A stretch of DNA of 64,000 bases. Origin: an uncultured bacterium (GTDB taxonomy: Bacteria > Patescibacteriota > Saccharimonadia > UBA4664). This document shows positions 37,737-47,774 of the stretch, piece after piece. The position numbers were made by a program, and so were the translations under genes. Location: the NCBI GenBank assembly GCA_963720265.1, contig CAVRET010000001.1, positions 69,916-133,915 on the forward strand. The letters run 5' to 3'. Positions within the stretch are counted from its first letter, which is position 1; every line of letters begins with the position of its first letter. The notes beneath the pieces were generated by a model. The model was given only the letters and a program-made list of their open reading frames with translations. It had not been told where the DNA came from and ran no database searches.

Positions 37737-38017
37737 TAAAACAAGCCGGTTTGGTCCGTGTCGGGCACCGGCGGCTCGGTCGGCACGGATTCGGCTGGAG
37801 CACTGGCAGCGGGTTCAGCGAAGCGGCGCTTGATCTTTTCGATTCGGTTCTCGACTTCGGCCAAGTGGGTCTTGAGTTGACTCGCCAGATCCATGCCGCG
37901 CTCAAATTTAGCCAGGCCGGCGTCGAGATCGATGTCAGCCTGCTCAAACCATTGGGTAATCTCCTCAAGCTCCTTGAGGGCGCGGTCGAATTCAAATGGT
38001 TTGGCAGAGGTGGTCAT
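37736..38017 (-). CDS. xseB: Exodeoxyribonuclease VII small subunit
   Basis: F...LKELEEI...E...DLD..L..FERG..L......L...E. Confidence 0.9.
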   Translation of the reverse strand: MTTSAKPFEFDRALKELEEITQWFEQADIDLDAGLAKFERGMDLASQLKTHLAEVENRIEKIKRRFAEPAASAPAESVPTEPPVPDTDQTGLF

Positions 38018-38046
38018 AGCAGAAATTGTATCATGATGACGTGTGT

Positions 38047-38081
38047 AGCTGGCCCCGGAAGAGCGCCCTCCGGGGCCAGCT
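38047..38081 (-). terminator. GC-rich 13-bp stem-loop after orphan gene
   Basis: AGCTGGCCCCGGA ... TCCGGGGCCAGCT. Confidence 0.6.
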
Positions 38082-38113
38082 GGTCTTTCCGGATCCGCGC
38101 CCTCGCGAGTGGA

Positions 38114-38716
38114 TTATCGCGAAGCCGCGGTAAGGGGTAGAAGCTCAAGTTGGCGGAAGACCGCGCTTACCGCGACGGCCAGTTGTAGCCCGGCGTCTCG
38201 GTGCTGATGGTCATGCGGGAGCGGTATGCCGAGGCCCAACAGAAGTGACAGCCGATTGAGGCAGGCGGCTTCGCTGAGCTCGCCCTCCAACTGGGCCCGT
38301 ATGACCAGCCCGAGTATTTGCTTGATCGCATTGGATGACGCAAGTAGCCCCCTGATGCATCTTCCGAGAGCTTCCGGGTTGATGTCGGATAGGTTAATAG
38401 TGCGACCGGTTGTGGGCAGGCGGAGGTTGGCAACGAGATCCGCGACCAATTGCCAGGCGGCGGCGCGGATTGCTTCATCTTCATCGCACAGCAGCACTGA
38501 GGCTCTTGTCCTCGTTAGACTGCGGCCCGGGATCAGCAGCGCGTCGATGAGTTGCATGGCGGCGGCGTGAACGTTTAGCCAAGGTAGTTCTTGCTCGCCA
38601 TTTCCGACGATATCTCCGAGGCGCCAGGACAGCGCCCTAAGACTCAGTCTTAGTTCGTCGTCGTCTCGCGCTCCGAGTGTGAGGACGACGGGTGTCGGGT
38701 CGTGGTTGGTTGTCAT
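38114..38716 (-). CDS. Hypothetical Leu-rich helical protein inserted between xseA and xseB
   Basis: 200-aa ORF with AGGAG SD and downstream hairpin; no recognisable domain. Confidence 0.6.
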   Translation of the reverse strand: MTTNHDPTPVVLTLGARDDDELRLSLRALSWRLGDIVGNGEQELPWLNVHAAAMQLIDALLIPGRSLTRTRASVLLCDEDEAIRAAAWQLVADLVANLRLPTTGRTINLSDINPEALGRCIRGLLASSNAIKQILGLVIRAQLEGELSEAACLNRLSLLLGLGIPLPHDHQHRDAGLQLAVAVSAVFRQLELLPLTAASR

Positions 38717-38802
38717 GGAGCTCCTACTCGCGATCGTTGGTGTTACGAACCGCTTGCGAGCTGGCAGGCGTATTAATAATTATCTTGTTTAGGCTTTGAT
38801 AA

Positions 38803-39978
38803 TCAAGGTTTAGTAACTTTGGCAGCAAGCGCTCCTTTAGCGAGTTGGATGGCAATGGGCTGGCCGGATTTGGTGGCGGCTGGGTCGCGCAGAATGTGGC
38901 CGGATTCGTTACGCACAATGGCATAGCCGCGGTTTAGCACAGCGGCGGGATCGAGACCACGAAGGATACGCTCGAGAGCGTCAGTGCGGGTAGCGATGAG
39001 GGCGCTCCTGGCGCTTACGCGATCGAGCCCGCGCCAGAGCGCAGCTGTCTGAGCCGCCAGTTGCTCTCTGGGCTGGCGCAGACCGGCTTCAAGCTGGTTC
39101 ATGGCCCGGTCGGCGCGTCGGCTACGGGCGGTGACAGTGGCGCGCAAGGCGGCTTCAGCCTGGGCTGTGAGGTGGTCTACGCGGGCTGCCACTTCGCGGC
39201 GGTCCGGCACCACTAGTCTGGCGGCGTCGGTGGGTGTAGCGGCGCGCAGGTCGGCGGCGTAGTCGGCTAGCGAGAAGTCCACTTCATGGCCCACGCCCAC
39301 TACAATTGGCGTGCGGCTGGCGGCTACACTTCGTGCGACCGGCTCGGTTGAGAAAGCCGCTAAATCCTCGAGCGACCCGCCGCCGCGGATGAGCACAAGT
39401 ACATCGGGCGGGTCGGCTAGGTGGTTAAAATATTCGAGCGCGCCGACGATTTCATCCGGAGCTTTCAGGCCCTGTACGGCCACGTCGGCCACCAGTATCT
39501 CCACCCCGCCCCATCTGGCGGCCAGGATTTTCGTGAAATCGGCGTAGGCGGCTGAGGCGGCTGAGGTAATTAGTCCGATGCGGCGCGGAAATTGCGGGAT
39601 CGGTCGTTTGCGGGCTGGATCAAATAGCCCCTCCCCTTCCAGTTTTTTGCGCAACAGCTCGAGAGCGCGTTTTAGCTCCCCTTCTCCGGCCAACTCGTAT
39701 TCGCGCACGGTGAGGCTGAATTTCGAAAATTTCGTGACTTTGGGCGATCCGGTAACGCGCACTTTCATGCCGTCCTCGAGCGGTAACTTGAGCTGGTGGA
39801 TCATCATGAAACACGCCAGGGTGTTGCCCTCGTCTTTGAGATCAAAGAACACGAATTTGCCACGGTTGACGTTAAAGCCGGAGATCTCGCCTTCAACCGT
39901 AACCTGGGGATACGCGAAGCCGAGCGTCTCGTTGATAATGTCAACGAATTCGGTAACCGAGATGACCTGCGGGTTCAT
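38803..39978 (-). CDS. xseA: Exodeoxyribonuclease VII large subunit
   Basis: VEGEISG, RGGGSLEDL..F, GVGHEVD..L.D..AD.RAATPT, LNRGYAIV. Confidence 0.96.
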   Translation of the reverse strand: MNPQVISVTEFVDIINETLGFAYPQVTVEGEISGFNVNRGKFVFFDLKDEGNTLACFMMIHQLKLPLEDGMKVRVTGSPKVTKFSKFSLTVREYELAGEGELKRALELLRKKLEGEGLFDPARKRPIPQFPRRIGLITSAASAAYADFTKILAARWGGVEILVADVAVQGLKAPDEIVGALEYFNHLADPPDVLVLIRGGGSLEDLAAFSTEPVARSVAASRTPIVVGVGHEVDFSLADYAADLRAATPTDAARLVVPDRREVAARVDHLTAQAEAALRATVTARSRRADRAMNQLEAGLRQPREQLAAQTAALWRGLDRVSARSALIATRTDALERILRGLDPAAVLNRGYAIVRNESGHILRDPAATKSGQPIAIQLAKGALAAKVTKP

Positions 39979-40018
39979 GACCTTATCTTACGCTATAGAA
40001 CTCTGGTGCCAAAAATAG

Positions 40019-40543
40019 CTAAAGTTCAAAATGGCTGATGATGGTTTTTGCAGCATCAGACGGAGATAGTTTTGTATTGTCGATTTGGAGGTTGTGGCTG
40101 TATGGCACCGGGCCATACAGCTGATGCTCCTTTAGGACATCGTGGAGCGTGTCGACATCTTTAATCTTGGAGAAGTTTTTACGCGACCGTAGCCCTACTC
40201 GCTTTTCTAACTCCTCAGGCGGTGGCGTAAGCTGGACGAAACAGACTGCACCGCCGCTACGTTCGACGCCGGTGACAATCTCTGCCACATATTCGTCGTC
40301 GACTTCTTGGCCGTAAACCATGGTGAATATGGGGCTGACATCGGCACGTGCAGCGGCTTCAATCACGTCGAGGCGCAGTTTTTCGACGACCTCCTCACGG
40401 ATTTTTCGATCCTCGAATATCTCGCGAGCGAGTTCGATGGTTAGGTGGTTGTGAAACAGGCGGAAACCGGTTTGCTCGGCGATTTCTTGACCAACGGTGA
40501 GTTTGCCGGCCGCGGGAGGTCCATAGATAAATACTAGCTTCAT
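40019..40543 (-). CDS. P-loop NMP/shikimate-kinase-like protein
   Basis: IYGPPAAGKLT Walker A, FHNH. Confidence 0.8.
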   Translation of the reverse strand: MKLVFIYGPPAAGKLTVGQEIAEQTGFRLFHNHLTIELAREIFEDRKIREEVVEKLRLDVIEAAARADVSPIFTMVYGQEVDDEYVAEIVTGVERSGGAVCFVQLTPPPEELEKRVGLRSRKNFSKIKDVDTLHDVLKEHQLYGPVPYSHNLQIDNTKLSPSDAAKTIISHFEL

Positions 40544-40553
40544 TCTTTCTTTA

Positions 40554-41564
40554 CTAAGCGGCCTCTTCTAAATGTTTGCGGTAATAGTGCAGGCCCGGGG
40601 GCAGGAAGAGCACGAAATTTAGTACGCGATAGACGAGCACGACGTCGAAGGCTAGGGCGAACGGTACGCCAAGGGCGGCAAACGCGCCGATCATACCGGC
40701 TTCGTAGACGCCAAGGCCGTTAATCAAAAAGCCGCCAACGCTGGCGGCGATGGCGAGCGTATAGGCCACGATAACAACGCCTGGATTCACCCAATGACCA
40801 AAGCCGATGAACACGGCATACACCGTAGCGACCTCGGCCAGGTTGCCGCCAAGCGACCACCACAGCAACGCCGGCCAGTGGCGCTTGTGACTGATAATCT
40901 CGTGATAGCCGCGGTAGAATTCGGTGAGGAAGCGGTCGAGCCGGGCGGCGCTCACGAGCGGTTTGCGGCGGCGCAACATGCGGCGGCCGGCAGCGTTGAG
41001 CAGATTAATGGCCGGCTTTACTATTACCTCAAGCCGGGAGCGTTCCGAGAACACGGCCAGCAGTACAAAGCCGGCGATCAGTGCCGCGACCACAATGAGC
41101 ATCACGATGCGGACCGACAGCTTATTGAGGTCGTTGCTAAATAAAAGCGTTAGAAAGCCAAAAGCTAGCACGACGAAATATGACGCAAAGGTGAAAATGT
41201 AGCGGCCAATCTGCGCCAAGGTGGCCTGGCTTGGCGGCACACCGTATTCTTTAACAGCCTGGGTGAGATAGGTGGTGCTGGCGACACCACCGGAGGGAAT
41301 CGCCTGGCCGGCGAAGTTGATGGCAAGTGAGGCTTCGTAAAGCCGGCGCAGGCCGACCTTACGGTCAAATATGGCGAAAAACGCTCGGTAATACCCGGCG
41401 TTGAAGTAGTAACTGGCAAGTTGGGCCGCGATCACCAGCGGAACAACGTACCAACGGACGCGTTCAAACGTAGAGATAATGTTGGCCGGATTGCCGAAGC
41501 TGGAAAAGATAAGGACAATCACGCCCAGCGTGCCGGCAAGAATGAGCAGGCGGCGCATGTTCAT
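40554..41564 (-). CDS. Lysylphosphatidylglycerol synthase TM / flippase-like (UPF0104) membrane protein
   Basis: Multiple TMs, PSGG, GLGVYEAGM, VLVYR. Confidence 0.85.
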   Translation of the reverse strand: MNMRRLLILAGTLGVIVLIFSSFGNPANIISTFERVRWYVVPLVIAAQLASYYFNAGYYRAFFAIFDRKVGLRRLYEASLAINFAGQAIPSGGVASTTYLTQAVKEYGVPPSQATLAQIGRYIFTFASYFVVLAFGFLTLLFSNDLNKLSVRIVMLIVVAALIAGFVLLAVFSERSRLEVIVKPAINLLNAAGRRMLRRRKPLVSAARLDRFLTEFYRGYHEIISHKRHWPALLWWSLGGNLAEVATVYAVFIGFGHWVNPGVVIVAYTLAIAASVGGFLINGLGVYEAGMIGAFAALGVPFALAFDVVLVYRVLNFVLFLPPGLHYYRKHLEEAA

Positions 41565-41567
41565 ATG

Positions 41568-41581
41568 TGCATTATAATGCA
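41568..41581. promoter_or_regulatory. Palindromic bidirectional -10 element
   Basis: TGCATTATAATGCA gives TATAAT on both strands between divergent ATGs 23 nt apart. Confidence 0.7.
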
Positions 41582-41587
41582 AGGACT

Positions 41588-42733
41588 ATGGTAACGCTTT
41601 CAAACCTCGCAATTTTGGGCCGGCAGCCAGAACTAGGGTTGGTTGAACTAGAGTCGGTAATGGGCGCCGACGGGGTCGCGTCACTGGGGCCGGCGGCGCT
41701 AGTGGGGGCTGAGATTGAGATTAACCGGCTGGGCGGTGTGGTGAAGTTCGGCCGCGTATTGTATGACGGACCGCCGGTGGATCTGCAAGCGCTGCCGGTT
41801 CAGACTGACGAATTACCAATGACCGATGCCAAAACGCCGTTTGCGGTGAGCCTGTACGGCGCCGGAGCAACTAGAGGCCGGGCCCAGGCGGTGGGGCTGG
41901 CGCTTAAGAAACGCTTGCGCGCACGGGGCTCGGTGCGGCTCGTGATGCCGGCGAGCGGTACCGCTGTGTCGGCAGCCGGCCTGACCCATAACCAGGTGCT
42001 TGAGCATGGGTTTGAGCTGCTGATAGTAACAACGGCCGGGCGCATGGTGATCGCGAAAACACTAGGGGTTCAAGATGTGGATTGGTACTCAAGGCGCGAT
42101 TATGGCCGGCCGGCCCGGAGTGCTAAGGTTGGCATGTTGCCGCCCAAGTTGGCCCAGGTGCTGGTGAATACTACCCATACTGGGACGGTCGCTGACCCGT
42201 TTTGTGGTAGCGGCGTCGTGTTAGCCGAGGCACTGCTCGCGAACCGGGTAGCATATGGCTCTGATACGGCGTCCGAGATGGTGGCTGCGGCGCGGGCCAA
42301 CTTGACTTGGCTGACGTCTGAAGTGTCGGCCCGGATGCCGGACTTGGTACTTCCGGCCTGGAATATAGATTTGGCCGATGCTAGAAGCGTGAAACTCCCA
42401 ACAGATGCGGCTGTGGTGAGTGAAGGCTATCTTGGTACCCCATTGGTGCGCTCCCCTCCCCCGCCTGAGCTCGATAAGCTCCGGCGGGAATTGCGCGAGT
42501 TGTACATTGACGCTTTGGCTAATTGGGCCGGGCAGCTCCCGAGTGGCGCTGAGGTGAGCCTGTGCGTACCCGCTTGGCGCGTCGGTCGCCACTGGACGTC
42601 ACTCGATCTGGTTGACGATCTTGCCAGATTAGGGTACACTCAGAAGGTTTTTAAGCATGCTGCTACTCCCCTATTATATGCCAGAGAGGATCAGCTAGTC
42701 GGGCGGCAACTATTATTTTTGCGTAAAGGATAG
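41588..42733 (+). CDS. Trm11/UPF0020-like RNA methyltransferase
   Basis: RDYGRP.R...[28 protein letters not shown]. Confidence 0.8.
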   Translation: MVTLSNLAILGRQPELGLVELESVMGADGVASLGPAALVGAEIEINRLGGVVKFGRVLYDGPPVDLQALPVQTDELPMTDAKTPFAVSLYGAGATRGRAQAVGLALKKRLRARGSVRLVMPASGTAVSAAGLTHNQVLEHGFELLIVTTAGRMVIAKTLGVQDVDWYSRRDYGRPARSAKVGMLPPKLAQVLVNTTHTGTVADPFCGSGVVLAEALLANRVAYGSDTASEMVAAARANLTWLTSEVSARMPDLVLPAWNIDLADARSVKLPTDAAVVSEGYLGTPLVRSPPPPELDKLRRELRELYIDALANWAGQLPSGAEVSLCVPAWRVGRHWTSLDLVDDLARLGYTQKVFKHAATPLLYAREDQLVGRQLLFLRKG

Positions 42734-42738
42734 CGCTC

Positions 42739-43020
42739 ATGGCCCACACAAAAGCCGGTGGCTCATCAAAAAACCTCCACGACAGTCCGGGTCAACGCCT
42801 GGGCGTGAAGTTGTTTGGCGGTCAGTTTGTACGTACTGGTGGTGTCTTGGTGCGCCAGCGCGGTATGCGCATCGAGGCCGGCCCGGGCGTAGGCGCCGGG
42901 GTTGACCAAACGTTATTTGCTCTGCGTGACGGTGTGGTTAAGTTCTCAACCAAGCGCATTCAAAAGTTTACCGGAACCAAAGTCCGCCGCACGATAGTGT
43001 CGGTAGTCGGCGAAAAATAA
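42739..43020 (+). CDS. rpmA: 50S ribosomal protein L27
   Basis: [21 protein letters not shown]...G..LVRQRG. Confidence 0.97.
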   Translation: MAHTKAGGSSKNLHDSPGQRLGVKLFGGQFVRTGGVLVRQRGMRIEAGPGVGAGVDQTLFALRDGVVKFSTKRIQKFTGTKVRRTIVSVVGEK

Positions 43021-43030
43021 TTATGCTTAA

Positions 43031-43423
43031 TCAGGCCGGCTCTTTGAGCCCTAGATGGTACCTGATGCGTTTCATGACGTCGGCAATAATTGCTTGGGAT
43101 TTAACCAGGAACTCGTCGGCGCCAAGTTCCTTAGCACGCTGTTTATCCGCGGGCTGAGATAAGGCGGTTAGGATAATGATTTTAGTGTGGGCGGTTTCTT
43201 TGGTGTTGCGCAAAATATCGAGCACATCGAATCCTGACACTTTCGGCATCATAATATCGAGCAGAATCAGATCGGGATGGTATTCGAGAGCAGTTTGGAG
43301 GGCCTTTTCACCGTCGGGACAGTCGCGAACGTCGAACCCTTCGGCCTCCATCCGGGTTTTGTAAGCAGTGGCCAGTGCCTTATCATCTTCAACCAGCAAA
43401 ATGTGCGGTTTGGGCCGGTCCAT
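43031..43423 (-). CDS. Stand-alone response regulator receiver
   Basis: ILLVEDD, PDLILLDIMMP..SG, ILTAL, LGADEFLVKS. Confidence 0.92.
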   Translation of the reverse strand: MDRPKPHILLVEDDKALATAYKTRMEAEGFDVRDCPDGEKALQTALEYHPDLILLDIMMPKVSGFDVLDILRNTKETAHTKIIILTALSQPADKQRAKELGADEFLVKSQAIIADVMKRIRYHLGLKEPA

Positions 43424-43440
43424 GGCTCTACTATACACCC

Positions 43441-45096
43441 CTACCGAGTGGTTTTGGTTGCACGCGTACGCGCAGTAGGTGCAGCTCGTTCCTGCTTGGC
43501 CCCTAGGGCGGCTTGGATAAAGGCTGCGAACAGCGGATGCGGCCGGCCCGGCCGCGATTTGAACTCGGGGTGGAATTGGCTGGCGGCGAAGAATGGGTGG
43601 CCAACGGCTTCGATAATCTCTACCAGATGATTATCCGGACTCAGGCCCACGGCCCGAATGCCCCAGGCCTCGTATTGGTCGCGGAAGTCGTTGTTGCACT
43701 CGCCGCGATGACGGTGACGTTCCACTATTTTGGTTGCACCGTAGGCCCTTGCCACTTTGGAATCGGCTGCGATTACACAAGGATAGTCGCCGAGGCGCAT
43801 AGTGCCGCCGGTGTTTTCCTTGCCCTTTTGGTCGTTCATAGTGGTAATGACCTGTAGTTTGGCATTTGGGTCGAGTTCGAAGCTAGTGGCACTTCCAAGT
43901 CCGGCATTGCGGGCGGCGGCAACCACAGCCATCTGCAGGCCAAGACAAAGCCCGAGGTAGGGCTTGTTATGCGTTAATGCAAAGCTTGCAGCCTTTATTT
44001 TGCCCTCGAGGCCGCGTTTGCCAAAGCCACCGGGCACTAGTAGTCCATCGTAGTTATCGAGAATGTCTACATTTTGTCGCTCAAGCTCCTCGGCATCAAC
44101 CCAGCCGATGTCAGGGCTGACCTGGTTGGCCCAGCCGGCTGCCTTGAGGGCCTCGAACACGCTGAGATAGGTGTCTTCGTTGTCCATATATTTGGCAACC
44201 ACACCGATGCGCAGAGTGCGGTGTTCAGGATGTTTAATGAGCTTCACTAGCCGTTGCCAGTCGCCGAGTTTGGCCGTGCGCTCTGGAAGGCTCAGATGAC
44301 GGGTGATGTAGTCGCCGAGGCCGGCTGATTCCAGGACGAGCGGCACCTCGTACACGCTGTCAGCCGTGGGCACTGGTACAATGCCGCCTTCATCAACATC
44401 CACAAACAAACCTAGTTTGGCTACGATATGTCCGGCGATCGGCCGGTCGGCCCGGGCAATCACGACATCAGGCTGCAGGCCCGCTTCACGCAAATCGCGC
44501 ACCGAATTTTGGGCCGGCTTGGTTTTAAGCTCACCCGAAGCCTGCAGGAACGGCAGGTACACAACGTGAATGAAGAATGTATGGCCGCTTCCCAGCTTGC
44601 GGCGCATTTGCCGGGCGGCTTCGAGCGTGGCCAGCGACTCGATATCGCCCACTGTGCCACCAATTTCGACGATGTGGAAGTCGTGGCCGGCGCCGGCGTT
44701 TAAGATCTGCTCCTGAATCTCGTTGGTGATATGAGGGATGATCTGGATGGTTTTGCCGAGATATTTGCCGGTGCGCTCATCGGAAATAACCTTGGCATAA
44801 ATGCGGCCGTTCATGACCGAGCTGGTGGCGGTGAGCTCCTCGTCGAGGAAGCGCTCATAGTGGCCGAGATCGAGGTCGGTTTCGGCGCCGTCTTTGGTGA
44901 CAAAGACCTCGCCGTGCTCAGCCGGGTTGAGCGTGCCGGCGTCGGTGTTGAAGTAGGGGTCGAGTTTTTGGATATTAACTGAAAAACCGCGGGCCTTTAA
45001 GATGGTGCCTAAAGAAGCCGCGGTGATGCCTTTTCCGAGCCCGGAGAGAACGCCTCCGGTTACAAAGATATAATTCGTTGGATTCGATTTCGCCAA
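43441..45096 (-). CDS. pyrG: CTP synthase
   Basis: YIFVTGGVLSGLGKG, KTKP.Q.SV, GLCLGLQ, ERHRHR, QFHPEF; TTG start after AAGGAG. Confidence 0.97.
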   Translation of the reverse strand: MAKSNPTNYIFVTGGVLSGLGKGITAASLGTILKARGFSVNIQKLDPYFNTDAGTLNPAEHGEVFVTKDGAETDLDLGHYERFLDEELTATSSVMNGRIYAKVISDERTGKYLGKTIQIIPHITNEIQEQILNAGAGHDFHIVEIGGTVGDIESLATLEAARQMRRKLGSGHTFFIHVVYLPFLQASGELKTKPAQNSVRDLREAGLQPDVVIARADRPIAGHIVAKLGLFVDVDEGGIVPVPTADSVYEVPLVLESAGLGDYITRHLSLPERTAKLGDWQRLVKLIKHPEHRTLRIGVVAKYMDNEDTYLSVFEALKAAGWANQVSPDIGWVDAEELERQNVDILDNYDGLLVPGGFGKRGLEGKIKAASFALTHNKPYLGLCLGLQMAVVAAARNAGLGSATSFELDPNAKLQVITTMNDQKGKENTGGTMRLGDYPCVIAADSKVARAYGATKIVERHRHRGECNNDFRDQYEAWGIRAVGLSPDNHLVEIIEAVGHPFFAASQFHPEFKSRPGRPHPLFAAFIQAALGAKQERAAPTARTRATKTTR

Positions 45097-45216
45097 CCCT
45101 TCTCCTTTCAACAGGCATTAGCCAAACAACACAAACAACTCAACACACACCCCCTGCACACTCCAAACTTGGAACTATCATACCGGCCGTTTGCAAACAA
45201 GGCAAGTTAATCTGCG

Positions 45217-46425
45217 CTATTGCTGTTCGAGCAGTTGGATGGCTCTGTCCAGCTGTGGATCGTTGCCGGCAGTGTAGTCGGCAGTGGTGAGCTGGACGAC
45301 GTAGTCCGGAGTGATGCCTTTCTTGTTGATGTTGATGCCGGCCGGGGTGTACCAGTGCGCGACTGTGACTTTGAGCTCCGCACCGCCGGCCAGGTTCTTA
45401 ATTTCTTGTACACTGCCCTTGCCAAAGGTCTGGGTGCCGAGGAGCTTGGCCGCACCATTGTCGTGGAGGGCGCCGGAAACAATTTCCGAGGCACTGGCCG
45501 AGCCGCCGTTGACAAGCACGATAGTTGGCACGCCCACGAGCTGGCCGCCGCCGGTCGAGGTTTGGGCGCAGGGTGTGTCGATGCAAGGCTTTTCGCTCAC
45601 GATCGTCTTGCCTTCGGGCAGGAACTGGCTGGCCACGGACACTCCGGCGTCGAGGTAGCCGCCGGGGTTGTCGCGCAGGTCAAGGATAATCTTGGTGGCA
45701 CCCTGTGATTTGAGCTGGGTGGCGGCCTTGGTCATGAGATCGGCGGTGTCAGTGCTAAATTGTGAGATATCAATATAGCCGATGTTGCCGTTTTTAATGC
45801 TCCAGGTAACAGTTGGGACTGAAATGTTGGCGCGCGTAATCGTGACCTTGAAAGCTTGGGGCGTACCGGCACGATCGATAGTAAGCGTAACCTTGGTGCC
45901 AGCCGGACCGCGGATCTCGCTAACGGCAGTATCGATGTCCATGTTTGTCGTGTCCTGGTTGTTGATGTCGGCAATCACATCACCGGCCTGGAGCCCTGCG
46001 GCGGCCGCTGGGGTGCCTGCAACGGGCGCGATAATGGTGAGAGCGCCACCTTTTACTCCGAGCTCTGCGCCAATGCCAGACAGTGAGGCGCTGAGCTCAC
46101 TATTGAGGGCCTTGGCTTGGGTTGGGTTGAAGTATTCGGTGTAGGGGTCACCAGTGGATGCAACTAAGCCGGCTTTTGCGCCGTCGAGTGCCTGCTGCGA
46201 TGTAACGGTGCCGTCGTAGTTGCGCTGCAGCAGCGTGTAGAGCGAAGACAGGCTGGAAAAATCTGGTTGGTGGGAGAATTTGAGCCCTGGCACCGGAACG
46301 ACGCCGCTGAGTACATCGCCGGCGTAGAAGGCGCCGATCATGAGCACAATTGTCACTGGGACGGTAACAATAAGCCGGCTTTTTTGCTGTGGCCAGGTAC
46401 GAATCGATTGCCAGATCTTGTTCAA
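45217..46425 (-). CDS. ctpA: S41 carboxyl-terminal processing protease (PDZ)
   Basis: GIGA PDZ loop, DLRDNPGG, SASASEI, TFGKGSVQ, GITPD. Confidence 0.93.
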   Translation of the reverse strand: MNKIWQSIRTWPQQKSRLIVTVPVTIVLMIGAFYAGDVLSGVVPVPGLKFSHQPDFSSLSSLYTLLQRNYDGTVTSQQALDGAKAGLVASTGDPYTEYFNPTQAKALNSELSASLSGIGAELGVKGGALTIIAPVAGTPAAAAGLQAGDVIADINNQDTTNMDIDTAVSEIRGPAGTKVTLTIDRAGTPQAFKVTITRANISVPTVTWSIKNGNIGYIDISQFSTDTADLMTKAATQLKSQGATKIILDLRDNPGGYLDAGVSVASQFLPEGKTIVSEKPCIDTPCAQTSTGGGQLVGVPTIVLVNGGSASASEIVSGALHDNGAAKLLGTQTFGKGSVQEIKNLAGGAELKVTVAHWYTPAGININKKGITPDYVVQLTTADYTAGNDPQLDRAIQLLEQQ

Positions 46426-46578
46426 ATAACGTTCCTTTCACGAAACTGCTTATGCCACGATGGGCCGCTTTTTATTGTAACCGAAGTTGCTGTGTATGCG
46501 CTGAAACTGAGAGTCTGGTAAGCCGCACATGTCAAAACAGATACCAGGAGCTTATTCGTCGACTAGAGCGGCATCGGA

Positions 46579-47748
46579 TTAGTGGAAGTGGATAAATACG
46601 AGTCCGGGTACGACCTTCACGTCCATCTCGCTGTACAGACCGTAGGGGCCGTTTTCAGTGGGCCACCAGTTGTATTGGCTGACGTGAACCCAGCCGTCAC
46701 TTTCGATCGATTCAACATACATGGCATGACCTACCCCGCCGATCATGGAAGCAGGGGCGATGAGAACGTCGCCGACATGCGGCGTATTGTCCTCCGGGAT
46801 ACCGGCAGAAGCGGCGTCGGCCGGCCACTGATAGGCGTCGCCGGAGCCGCCCCAGTTGGGCATATTGCGCCCGGATGAGGCGACGCGATAGGCGGCGTAT
46901 GATACACATTCGCGGTTCAGCATGCCCCAGGAATCAACCGTTGAGTCGGTTGGCGAGTTGCACAGGTAGCCGGGGTATCCGCCACCGCATTGGCCGCCAA
47001 AGCTTAGATTGCGGAACGTAAAGTCTCCAAGTCCCCCGCTGGTGGCGCCTGCCAGCTTGGCAAACATGGCGGCTTGTTGTGCGCGTAAGTTTGAGATCTG
47101 GGAATTGGCAGAGGCCACCTGGGCGTTGGCGGCGGCGGCATTTTGCTCGGCTAGGGCGAGCAACTGGTTGGCCTGGGACTGGGCGGTGGCAAGCTGGCCT
47201 TGCTGTGCGTGCTCAGTATTAAGGATAAGGGTGAGTTGGTTTTGCTGAGCCTCCAGTTTTGATTTGAGGGCCTCTATGCTCGACATTGCGCCTTCAATCT
47301 TGCCCCGGATCGTGTCTTGATATTGCTGCTCATTAAAGAAATCGCTGAGGTTTTTGGAAGATGCAATCATTTCGAGCGGCGTCACGCTGGAGGCGAGGTA
47401 CATGGCCTTAATGTCGGCGCCGAGGTCGGTTTTGGCGGTTGCCAACTGAGCCTCGTTGGCGGCGATGTCACTTGAAACCTTGGTATATTGGAGCTGGTTG
47501 AGCTGTATTTGCGAATTGAGGGCGCTAATCTGCGCATTAAGCTGGGCGAGTTTGCCCTGGTAGTTGGTAATTTGAGTGGCATCGGCGTTGGCCTGGGATT
47601 GGGCGGCAGCGGCCTGTTGGCTCAGGGCGCTAATCTGATCGTCGTAGGAATCGGCCCAGGCTGGAGATGCCACCAACGCGCCTACTGCCACTGCCAGCAG
47701 TAGTTTTGTGAGAGGAGTCTTGAGCCGATCGATGCTTATTTTAGTAAT
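46579..47748 (-). CDS. PcsB/CwlO-like coiled-coil plus CHAP peptidoglycan hydrolase; probable ATT start
   Basis: Long coiled coil, ECVSYA (Cys), GHAMYVE (His), VSQYN; directly downstream of ftsEX; track start GTG 47691. Confidence 0.88.
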   Translation of the reverse strand: MTKISIDRLKTPLTKLLLAVAVGALVASPAWADSYDDQISALSQQAAAAQSQANADATQITNYQGKLAQLNAQISALNSQIQLNQLQYTKVSSDIAANEAQLATAKTDLGADIKAMYLASSVTPLEMIASSKNLSDFFNEQQYQDTIRGKIEGAMSSIEALKSKLEAQQNQLTLILNTEHAQQGQLATAQSQANQLLALAEQNAAAANAQVASANSQISNLRAQQAAMFAKLAGATSGGLGDFTFRNLSFGGQCGGGYPGYLCNSPTDSTVDSWGMLNRECVSYAAYRVASSGRNMPNWGGSGDAYQWPADAASAGIPEDNTPHVGDVLIAPASMIGGVGHAMYVESIESDGWVHVSQYNWWPTENGPYGLYSEMDVKVVPGLVFIHFH

Positions 47749-47774
47749 TGGTTTGCCCCCTCCAAGGTAGCTTT

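Noticed and set aside
38018-38113. Integron attC sites at the hairpins after orphan genes
   Set aside because: No RYYYAAC/GTTRRRY core ends seen here and no integron integrase; the hairpins share no sequence with each other
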